Shown here piece by piece: positions 21,919 through 33,135 of a stretch of 64,000 nt of DNA. The position numbers and the translations under genes are program-made. Position 1 is the stretch's first letter; every line of letters begins with the position of its first letter. The notes under the pieces are model-generated. The model did no database searches and was not told where the DNA came from. It saw only the letters and a list, made by a program, of their open reading frames with translations. Location: contig MNCI01002555.1 in the NCBI GenBank assembly GCA_015680685.1, positions 504,356-568,355 on the forward strand, given 5' to 3'. This DNA comes from Gnetum montanum. Lineage: Eukaryota; Plantae; Gnetophyta.

Positions 21919-24900
21919 CTAAACATCCAGGACGGGAGGGTCATCCCCTTTAAATTCACCAGCATCAGGGACCCCTGCTCCACTAGGGCCAGCTTCTTGG
22001 GCATCATCGCCACCTTCATCCTGCAAATACCAAAAAGAAACAACCAACATAAGAATAAGCGAATGTCAAAATTTTAAACATTATTCAATAAATTAACTTC
22101 ATAAGGATAAAACGCTTACCATCGGAGACCCCCCTAAGCTGAATTCCAGCCGATAAAGGATTTCTTCTTTTGAAACGCTGGCCGAATCTATCCCATCAAG
22201 GCCTAAGTCGACGTCTACCAAAGTCCTTCCTTTGTCGACAACCGACTAGGTAGGACGTTTCAGAGGGAACTCGCCCATCGACACTTCCCCAGAAGTAGTT
22301 GTGATCACCCTTGTAGGCGACTCCATTTCCACAGTTGTATTTTGAGCAAAAGTACCGAAGGAAGAACGAAAACCCAAACCCTCCACAAACATCTCTAGTT
22401 GGCTCTTTTCAATAGACACCTCTTTTAATGACCTCTTGTAGTAATGTTTGTGATTTTTCTCATCCTGACCCCATTTACGAACCTTGGAAGTGAAGGCTTT
22501 TCAATCCTAACATTTAAGGTTCAGGAGATCAATTTGGGCTTTGCGCTCTACCATTCTCCGAGTTAGCGATGCATGACGATTCAGTAGATTCCAATATCTA
22601 GTGTATGTAACCTCGGACGTTCGCCAAGAGCGATCTCCGCTTGGTTTGGCAGCGGTGAACTCGTACTGAGCCTTCAGATCGTCACATTCCACTGAAAATT
22701 CAGAGACTTCCTTTTCTTTTGCCTGAATCTGTAGCCACAACTGCTCAATGGAACACCTACAGGTCCATAATGACTTAGCATTGTGCATAAGGCCTTCTGC
22801 AACTCCATCGTAAACAGGCCTTGGTACCTGTTCCACTTCTGGGGAAAGTGTGGTTAAACTTTCTATGCTAATGCTTTCAGAGGGATCCCATCTCAATTTA
22901 GCACCTACCCACGCGAAAAATACAAATGTTAGGACAATATAAACAAGATGTGAAATTCCAAACCTCTAAATGATTTATACCTATGTCAGGGTGGGTTTCC
23001 TGGATCGGTTTAACAACTTCCTCTGTGATTCCAGCCACAAAATCCATTTTGCTTGGCATTTCAGACCAAGTAAATGGCTCACGGGTACGGAATGAACTAA
23101 CCCTCACGGACCTCTCAGGAGGAAACATTTTCATGGGTACGTCTAGCCGCACCGTCCTGGTCTCGCTGCCTTCATCTGAACAGGATAAAAACACAAAAAT
23201 AAAATACCATAGGAATGACAATTGGTCAAGCAATTCAAAAAGAAATAAAAAGGAAAACATACCATGATCCTTGTCACCCTTTGGGGGGTCGCCCAAGTCC
23301 AGATTTCCCTTAAGGAATCTGCTAAACATTTGGTTGACAGCGTCCTGATCGTCCAACGGTGCGGTTTCAGTGGTATTTTCCTTTAACTCCTCTGTTCCTC
23401 CGCCCTGGCTCTTCTCCATATGTTCCTCGTTATTCTTCTCCGTGTTGGTCTCCTCCTCCTCAGTGATGGTCTCTAAAGCCTACTTTCTCACTTTTTAAAA
23501 ATTAAGCCAAAAATATCAATGACACGTAAGCGATTGAAGTAAAAGTTATAAAAAAAATGAAAATGATAAAGCAATAAGCAGGCGAGGTCCGCTTACTAGG
23601 CATCTTGAAGCATATATGCGCTTCAAGGGTGGCTGGTTCACATCAGAGACTTCCTCAATCGTGCGTTTAGGCCTTTTTAGCTTTGACTTAGCTTGGCCAA
23701 TGGTCTCCTTGATGACCCGTTCTGCCCTTTTAGCAGTGTAGGATACGTCATCTGGCTCCAATCCCAAACTATCATGTGTGTGGATTGAAGCGCCAGATGG
23801 TTCCCCTGTAGTAATAGAAACAGATTCATCAATGCCTTCAGGTGCATCTTGGGATTTTTCTGTCTCAAACAAGTGATTGATCCATGGGCGAGATAGCTGA
23901 CCCTGATCCCGCAGAACAAACTTGTTGTCTACACGGACTACTAGGAACTCGGAAAAATGACGAAGATAACCGGCGAAGAATGCAAAGGTGAAGTGGGATT
24001 GCGCCTCGACATTCGAACGCAACAGCACTATCTCCTTGTGCATGCCTGACAACAAAAATTGTCCCTAGTTATATCGCATGCCCATTTCCAAGACAGTTCG
24101 CATGACACGAACAACCTCAACCCCAAGACACTTCACCTGGGAAAGGGTTTTAGGGAATACCCGTGCCCTGAATAGGGAATATAATTCGTTCACTTCCACA
24201 ACTTTTGCTTTCCCCTGCATCGGGAATCCCTTGGCACCCTTGGCCATGCCTAGCCAATCCTCCAACTCATGAACCATCTGGAGCTCTTTATGAGCTCTGT
24301 CTAATACTATGTTTAAGCCATCTGCCGGTACGCCAAATAAGTTTGAAAAGAACTCGGGTGACAGATGAAAAACTACCTTGACACACTTAATCCGGGTGTT
24401 GTAGTACGAGACAGACTCATTAAAAGAATCCACGATCCCAATCATCTCGCCTATGGATACGTCAGGACTCGAGGTCATAAAGAGCTCCATGGGGCTAACA
24501 TTATCTAGGAAATGAACGATGGATGGTGGAGCTTATCTATGCAACCACTTTTGAGCCTTGGTCACCTCCCCAAACTTCATCGACAAGGTAGTCTCGGTTT
24601 GTCCAGTTGTCACCGGATCCCCACCAAGAGGCGCATCAACTGTAAAAGCAATTTAAAGTGGTCATATCAGCGTAACTCCAAGCAGTTGGATAAACCCACT
24701 AACATATCTAGGAAATGTTATCATTTACTGTTAGTGGTGGATTTAGATGTGCTACCAGAGTCACGAGGGAAGATTGGCCTATTGTCCGACCAATCTTCAT
24801 GAAGCCACCCACGAGCTTTGCACATTGTGAACACTCTGGAGAACTGCTTATGAAAATGGACGATCGCTCCCTTCGTTTGACCCAGTACGATTCCACGAAG

Positions 24901-26350
24901 GGTGTGGCCTATCATGAATGCCTCAAGGGCTGTGCGAGCAAGAGCTAGTCCTTCATCCTTAACGTATGTCCCGTCTGGGTTGGCCTTCGGCCTGTATACA
25001 AATAAATGTCAAAATAAGAAACTAACACCAAACGGCGAAAGGAAACAATAAACTTAAATAGTCCTACCTGTCCACTCGGTACACTGTGCCAGGAGGATTC
25101 TGGAACAATGTGTGCGTGCGGGCAGCTATGAACAGAGTATTGTTGAGGTAGTCTAACCCTCGTGGAAATAGTGCCCACACGCACGTTAATGGGCGTGTTG
25201 ACCTGGGCCCGCGGGTAGAGCCATCCTCGTTAACAAGTGGCCCCTCGTCAATGTCTTCTATGAAGACCATGACACCCTCTATAGCTCTTGGCAACATTGC
25301 CTCAAGCACGCTCCATGTAATCACTTTGCTAAAGTTCGACCAAATGGCCACCTCGAAATTGTCTAACATGAAGGCCAGAAATTCACATGTGCCTTCCCTG
25401 AACGAAACCCCGTTGTTATCCACGGATAGATCCGGGGGAGGCTCCTCAGCCTCAACGGGGCCAACCCATGTCAACATCCCAACAAGCTCAACAACAAGAA
25501 GGAAGTGCTTACTGTCCCTGCAAGCAACCAAGACGCCACGATAAATTAGCCATGCTTCAAAACAGCTCGAAAAGCGAGGGTTTACATCATGAATTGACAC
25601 TTAAAATATAAAAATTCCTAACTACTTACACTCAGCGTATACACCCCATAAACTAGCGTATACGCCGGTGAAACTGTTTACGCTTAGCGTAATACGCTGC
25701 TTAACTCAGCGTATACGTCGACAATGAACTATTTTACGCTCAGCGTATACGCCGAAGAAACCCTCGGCGTATACATCCAAGTTCACTTTTAACGTAAACA
25801 GCCTACGCCGGCACTGAACAAACAAGTTTACACCAGAAAAATAAGTCTATGCTGTAAAGACAACTGCGCACGCATAGCGTATACGCTGAACAAACCCTCA
25901 GCGTGTACACCATCACAATAAACAGAATTTACGCTGATAGAATAAACAAATCACGCTAACAAAACTTCGCGCATAGAGAACTCATGACGTCGTGGCTTAC
26001 GCTGACATAATAGTGCAGGAAAATTGCTTACGCTAATAAAACTGATTATGCCTTGATAGTCCACGCTAATCTGACTTTACGCTATGAAGTTACGCTCGGC
26101 GTATACGCCAAAAACCCTCTACACTGAAAACCCCCCTACGCTCAGCGTATACGCTGAGACTATCTACGCTAAAAAAGAGAAGCAAAGAAATAATAACAGA
26201 GGCAGGGATTAGAGCCTACCTGTGGGATGTCACAGGCCATGACGGGATCCTTGGCCGGGGCAGGCACTGCAGCATGGCTTCAGTCTCCTCCGCAAAGGTC
26301 AAGTCGAGACCCTTCCTCCCCTGGCCTTCCACTTCTTTTCCTTTGCCCAT
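21919..26350 (-). pseudogene. Antisense 8-exon accessory gene: FCP1/NIF-like pseudo-phosphatase, retrotransposon accessory domain and coiled-coil
   Basis: Exons 26350-26220, 25517-25068, 24991-24729, 24639-23597, 23479-23263, 23175-22981, 22904-22120, 22020-21919. All introns are GT-AG, with phases checked compatible through exon 7. A few transition-type stops and probable small frameshifts near the 3' end. Confidence 0.8.
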
Positions 26351-26609
26351 CTCGGCCTCCTTTATGCTGATTGCACAGGTTTACGCTGAAGAAGAGAACT
26401 GTCTACGCTGGCACCTGAAATTCTACACTCCGTGTCTACACTGGGGTTTAGTGTTGGGCGTCTACGCTAATGGTTACTCTTCGGCGTCTACGCTCACGAG
26501 CAAGTTTACGCTAATGCCAGGGCGCGATAGTTTACGCTTACACTTTAACAGTCTACGCTCTGTCGCTTACACTCACGATTCAAAGTAAGAAACAAATGAA
26601 ACCCCCCCA

Positions 26610-26660
26610 TTTTATAGCGCTCCGCTGATGCCGCTGCCGCCGCTTATGCCGCCGTTGCTC
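26610..26660 (-). promoter_or_regulatory. Candidate promoter of the antisense gene
   Basis: TATAAAA on the minus strand at 26616-26610, ~260 bp upstream of ATG 26350, preceded by a GC-rich GCGGC tract. Confidence 0.55.
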
Positions 26661-26774
26661 CCTTTTTGCCATTTTGTGGCTTTTTGCTCATTTTTTGCTA
26701 AAATTTGCCTATGAAAAAAAATAGAAATTACTACGTCCTGGTTCCTTGTGGATCCCATTCTGGATGTTATCACC

Positions 26775-26900
26775 CAGTAAGGCGTTAAACTACCACTGAA
26801 CACTCGGTAAGGCGTTAAACTACCACCTACGGCCCGGTATGGCCTTAAACTGCCATCTTCCAATCCACTTATGGCCCGGTAAGGCCTTAAACTGCCATGC
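26775..26900 (+). repeat. TAAACT-core repeat array before RT
   Basis: gtaaggcgttaaactaccac x2, ggtatggccttaaactgccat, ggtaaggccttaaactgccat. Confidence 0.85.
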
Positions 26901-27008
26901 GTCTCGGTGTGACGATAATCCACCATTATGCATGTACACATAGCTTAAAATCACCAAAAGACACAGAACGATACCCCTTTGCTTATTTAGCCCTCTTTTT
27001 ATTGGCAG

Positions 27009-30000
27009 GAGTAAGCTCAATGGACTGCTAGCATTTAACTGCACCGTTAATCATTGACGGACCATATGGAAAAATTACAAGAGACATTAACATAAACCTC
27101 ATTAACTTAAGTTCACCAACGGACGACGTAGTCATAGCCTCAACACAACAAATAATAGACGACTACAAAGACATGACAAAATTCCTTAACATAGAGGCTG
27201 AGAATATCACTGAAGACTCATTGGCCGAAACTCCCATCGTCATGCCCGATGGGGAAACTAAAATTTTAAAATTAAGCACCTTATTACAACCACCATTAGC
27301 CACAAACATTGAGAACGTGCTTCGGGAAAATATGAAAGCATTCACTTGGTCCTACACAGACATGCCCGGACTAGATCCCCGAATTGTCCAACACAATATT
27401 ATCCTTGACCCGAAGTTGAGACCAGTAAAACAAAAAGCACGAAAGGTTAAACCTGAGGTGGCATTAGCAGTTCGCAATGAGATCACCAAGCTTTATCAAG
27501 CTGGTTTCATTTGGGTTGTCGATTACGCCGAGTGGGTGTCCAACATGGTCATTGTTCTGAAGAAGAACGGAAGCATTCACTTATGCATTGACTTCCGGGA
27601 TTTGAATGTCGCAACCATAAAGGATGACTTTCCTTTACCCAACATTGATCAACTTGTTGAGTCCATTGCTGGGCACGCACTATTATCTTTTATGGACGGC
27701 TTCTCGGGATACAATCAAATACGAATCAACCCGGAGCATCAGCTTCGGACAACCTTTATGACACCATGGGGAACCTTTTGTTACACAATGATGCCCTTCG
27801 GTCTCAAGAACGTCGGGGCCACGTATCAAAGAGTGATGATATTTATCTTTAGTGATTATATATTACACTCACTCAATGACTACGTGGATGACATCGTGGT
27901 TAAGTCAAAAACAGAGGAACAACATGTACAAGATCTCGACTTAGTATTAAAACGTTGTGTGAAGTACGAATTGAGACTCAACCCAAAAAAATGTGTCTTT
28001 GGCGTCAAAACAGGAAAAATGCTTGGATTTATAGCATCAAAAGCAGGGATATGAGTGGACCCCGATAAGGTTAAGGCCATAATGAACCTAAAACCACCAG
28101 GTAATCTTACCGATCTTCGAGGTTTACAAGGCAGATTGCAGTTTATCAGGTGCTTCATAGAAAAATTGACAGATAAACTAAAACCTATGAACCACTTGTT
28201 ACGCAAAAATATCCATTTTGAATGGACTCCGCAGTGTCAACAAGCATTCGATGACATTAAAACGACACTTGCCCGGTTACCTACGGTTTATCTACCTCAA
28301 AACGATAAACCATTCTACATCTACCTCGCTACTTCGGATTCATCCATCGCGTCTATGCTTTGCCAGAAATGAGATGACAGAACCGAAGCCCCTATATATT
28401 ACTTGAGCCACGCATTATTTGCCCACGAGAAAAAGTACAACGACGTGGAGAAGTCATGTTTAGCTTTGGTCTTTTCTTTAAGAAAATGGCGACATTACCT
28501 CTTCCGTAACTAGGTTTACATAATTTGCAAGGACAGTGTACTAAGAGCCATAACAGGGAATATTTATGAAACAAGTCGAATAGCCCAGTGGAAAGCCATG
28601 ATAGCCAAGTTTGACCTGTACTACGTAGTGCAATCATCAGTTAAGGGTCAAGCTATAGCAAATCAAATGGCAACATCACCAACACACGACCAAGCGACTA
28701 TAGACCCAGAGTTCCCAGATGAGAATATAAGCACCATAGACATAGTGCCTAACGACTAGGATGCTATTTTAAAATTTGATGGAGCATCCACCTCTCGAGG
28801 AGGAAGTGCAACTGCTGTCATCACCTATCCCTCCGGAGAGATTCGACCCTGGGCCTATCGTTTCAACTTTCACTATACCAACAACATAGCAGAGTACGAA
28901 GGTCTCCTTAGAGGTCTCATGGCAGCTTTGGCTTTAAACATCACATGGCTTGTAGTCAGAGGAGACTCGCAACTGGTCATAAACCAAGTCACAGACATCT
29001 ATACATGCAAAGCCCAACACTTACAACCATACTGCAACTTGGCAAAACACCTAATGAGGTAATTCGAAAACATTGACATGCAACACATCTCTAGAAATGA
29101 TGACACCATCACAGACGCGTTAGCCACATTAGCGTTAAACATATCACCAAACATGTTCCACATGTTGCCAAGCTCCATAACCAGTTGTGCTGAACCAATC
29201 ACCGACACCCTTGACACGTTGTCGATTGCATCTGTTAGTACAACACATGCGGTAGAATGGTACGATGACATAAAAGAATACCTTTTACATGGTGAAACAC
29301 CACGACATCTAACAAATGCACAGAAAGGCGTAGTGCGGAAACGTTCTAAGCAGTATACCCTGGTAGGGGACACACTGTGTCGTCGATCCTACGAAGGCAT
29401 ATTGCTAACATGCGTTAGTAGTACCAATGCCCAAACTATTATTGAACAGGTATATGAGGGACTATGCAGAGGACACATAGCACCAAAAGCCATGGCAACA
29501 AAGATCAGACGCTTGGGCTATTATTGGCCACACATGGAATACGACTGTCTCTTCAAAGTCAAAACATGTAGTACTTGTCAAAAACATAGCAATATGATAC
29601 ATGTCCCACCAAATGAGTTGCATACAGCGCAAATCACGAGGCCCTTTCAAAAGTGGGGGTTGGACCTCATCAGCCCAATAACACCCCCGTCTTCCGCAGG
29701 CCATAGTTTCATTATAACTGTGATAGAATACTTCATGAAGTGGGTAGAAGCTGCTCCCCTTCGAAAAACCACATCTAAACATGTGTGAAATTTCATTCTT
29801 GAAAATATTGTAACCCGCTTTGGCATTCCCATGACAATCATCACTGACAACGGGCCACAGTTTAGCAGTGCTGAGACCAAAACCTTTTGTGAAAATTTAG
29901 GGATCAAACACTCGTTTTCATCCCCTTACTATCCTCAGAGCAATGGACAAGAAGAAGCAACAAACAAGACGATTATTACAATACTTAAGAAAATGCTTAC

Positions 30001-30496
30001 CCAGAGCAAAAGAAAATGGCACGAGCAATTGACATACGCATTGTGGGCATATCGTACTACGCACCAAACTTCGATAGGTAAGATGCCATACAGTCTTGTT
30101 TACGGTTCAGAAGCTGTTTTACCTTTGGAATTACAGGTACCATCTTTAAGGATCACACTTTCGGGGCTCCTCGATGATGGGCAAAACAATGATCTACGCA
30201 TCCTTGATCTTGACTCGGTGGAGGAAGAACGCGTGCACGCCCTTGATCAGATCGAATGGTATCAAAAATAACAACGGCAACGACATCGGCATGACATCAA
30301 CAAGCGCCCTATGAAAGAGGGTGACCTTGTGCTTAAAGCTGTTCGGGAACACCCGGACAAATTATCAGCCAACTGGGAAGGGCCTTACTTGGTCATTAAA
30401 GCATTTGACAATGGAGCATTCAAGCTAGCCGATATGGAAGGAAACGAATTCACCAATACAACCAATCACTTGTTCTTAAAGCTGTCCTACATTTGA
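27009..30496 (+). pseudogene. Element A pol: RT, RNase H, additional (archaeal-type) RNase H, integrase
   Basis: CIDFRDLN, FMDGFSGYNQI, MPFGLKN, YVDD; YLATSD; FDGAS...TNNIAEYEG...GDSQLV; GYYWP, WGLDLI, TDNGPQF, NWEGPY. Confidence 0.95.
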
Positions 30497-30519
30497 GTAC
30501 AAGCTCAAGTACGTGAAGA

Positions 30520-30920
30520 GTCCTGGAATTACGACTATAAACTGATACCATAGCTCGTCCTGGAATCATGACAATAAATTGATACCACAGCTCGTTCTGG
30601 AATCATGACAATAAACTGATACCACAGAACAGTCTTGGGTTATGACTTAAAATTGACACAACAACTGTCCTGGCATCATGACAATAAATTGATACCCCAC
30701 AGTGTCCGCAATGACGATAAACTAGCACCCGTCCGGCATGATAGTAAACTGCCATCGTCACAACCATCAGAGTCTACTAAGACTATAAACTAGCTTGCCT
30801 CCTCATAGTCCACTAAGACTAAAAAATGGCAATGTAACATCTGCCACGATGCTAAACAGGCAATGTCCAAGGGGTTATGACATAAAACTAACCCATGATA
30901 GTCCACCAAGACTATAAATC
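30520..30920 (+). repeat. TAAACT-core tandem array after the integrase
   Basis: About 11 units such as tcctggaatcatgacaataaactgatacca. Confidence 0.9.
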
Positions 30921-31930
30921 AGCAAGTTCATCTCTGGTTCATCTATCTACTGCCACATTTAAGCTTCATCACTGCATCGCCCGCCATCAGAAGATCCTAC
31001 CAACGTTGCTGCCATTGACATACAATGCTTGAAATCTCTTTCGGCATCTTTGTTCCATCTACCGCTGTGTAAGACTAAGCTCGATTATTCACTCATGGTT
31101 TTCTTGTCTCCTTGGAGTTGTGTTTACAGGATGACACCCAAAGGTTATCGCACAAGAATGCATTTCATCAGAAGCAGTAAGATGGGACGATGTTCACAGC
31201 ACACATGGCGAGACTAAATCAAACCGTTCACTAGTACATTCCCATTCCCGGTATATTCGCTATCTTTTTACCGACATCCGATACACCGAATACATTCAAA
31301 ACTTTGAGCACACTGTTGCACGCGGCAACACGTTAAAGCAGTTGCAACACACGGCATGGCACCTGAGCATGAGTACAAGATCAACACAAAAAAAAAGACC
31401 CTTGGCACCTCCCACATAAGCCATGGGAGGAAAGGTAGTTGTCTCAAAACCAAGTACTCATGTCCAAAAATGGTTAAGAAGCATCCAGTTGCATGGCTTT
31501 GGCTCTCCGCCAACAGGTCCCCCCTAAACATTAAACACGGGCCCTATTCCTCCAAAGAATGTAACACATCCTCCCGTGGCTTTTGTCTTGCCAACAAGTT
31601 CTCTTGAACACTAACCAAGAGCCTTGTTCCACCAAAGGACACACATCGCATGTCTGAACTTTGAGTCTGCTAAACAATGGCTATTGACAAGGACCAGCAT
31701 GCCGCACACCCGAGCATCCCATTTCCCAAGTGCAATCCCTTGGGTAGTGATCAATTCCCACAATCTCTGTTTTCCTACCAGCCACAAACTTTACCTTCCC
31801 AATCTCATGTACTACTGAACATAGTGCGATGATGTCTAGTCAAGTGGCAACGGACAAGATCTCTACCGAGTTACTCGTGGTGTTTTGCACTTCTTTGTCG
31901 ACGCTTCTCAGGTCGATTCTTCCAAGCGTC

Positions 31931-31946
31931 AACAAAGAGGGGCCAA
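31931..31946 (+). promoter_or_regulatory. Polypurine tract of element A
   Basis: AACAAAGAGGGGCCAA directly before the TG of the 3' LTR; nearly the same sequence precedes the LTR of B. Confidence 0.85.
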
Positions 31947-33130
31947 TGAAACACCACAAAATTTCGAGCTTGGTACTTCTCTAGCAAGAGGCAGGTCCTT
32001 GGGACCCACGGACAACCACGACTACATTTGGTGTCACACACTACAACTTTGGGGATCAAAATGTTTAATTTTCACTAAGTATGCAGTACCGGCGTATGCG
32101 CCCAGCGTCTACGCCCGACATCCACAGCGTATATGCCCAGCGTATACACCTAGTGTAGACATCCAACTTACATGCCCGACGTACATGTACGCTCGGCAGG
32201 TATGGCAAATGTTTACGCCCGGCATGGAATCTCCAAAGATATAATGAAAACAGCACCAAAGAGTAAGGATTGAAGCAAGTCGGCAACCATTAGCGTATAC
32301 GCCCAGTGTATATGCCCAGCGTATACGCCCACCCATTGTCAGCATATACGCTCGGTGTATACGCCCAGCGTCCACAGCATCTACGCCCAGCACATCCAGC
32401 GTATACGCCCAGCATGTACGCCCAAAGTCTACGCCCACTTGATACAGCGTATACACTTGGTAGATGTAATATGTTGAACACTTGTAAATTTTATGTCCTT
32501 TTTGCACCCGGTCAACATCCACGTGTCGCCCAACCCGAGTCTAGCATAACAACCGGTATAAAAGCCCCACTTTTCTACTTGTACAGGGGTTGGTTGGAAA
32601 AAATCCCAGAGCATACCAGAGAACATTTACGCTGTGCACTAGAGCTAAAAACCCTTTTATGTTGGATAGTCCTGTACGCTGGGCACACAGTCTCTACGCT
32701 CCGCCTACAGTGCGAACCAACCGAGTCATCCCTACATCCACCAGGGCTTTTCGTCCGCCTTGTGTTCCATCACAACTGCATTAGACCGGTGCACTGTACT
32801 TTCATTCTGTAATATCATTGTTTATAGTTTACACTAATTTCTTACATGTGTTCTGTTTACGCTTGTTTACATTTACGCCCTATTCGCATCTGTTATGCTG
32901 TTTACGGTCTCGTTTACACCCGTTACGCCGTTTACGCATAACCCAGCGTATAGCACTTCGGCATACGTTCAGGGAAATCCTTGTCTGATCTGCATGCGGA
33001 CCACCAAAGGTACTCTACCTTCATGCATTCCAACTCATCCTCAGGCGAAGGTAGGGTCTTCTGTGCATGTCCGGTGATCCCATGGTCTCTATTTTCTTCC
33101 AGCTGGAGACCGACAATTTCGGACAGTACA
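31947..33130 (+). repeat. Element A 3' LTR (TG...CA)
   Basis: Repeat of the 5' LTR, followed by TSD CTTGT. Confidence 0.96.
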
Positions 33131-33135
33131 CTTGT

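Larger units (their letters stand above)
15539..33130 (+). mobile_element. Element A: complete Ty3/gypsy Tat-type LTR retrotransposon, 17.6 kb
   Basis: Two LTRs, 5-bp TSD CTTGT (15534-15538 and 33131-33135), PBS, PPT, and gag-PR ... RT-RH-aRH-INT. Confidence 0.96.

Noticed and set aside
21919-26350. A host gene or an independent DNA transposon inserted into element A
   Set aside because: No TIR or TSD seen, and homologs occupy the same position and orientation in elements B and C.
30520-30920. Repeat-spacer look suggesting a CRISPR array (also 41800-42175)
   Set aside because: Units are degenerate with short related spacers, there are no cas genes, and the context is a eukaryotic retrotransposon.
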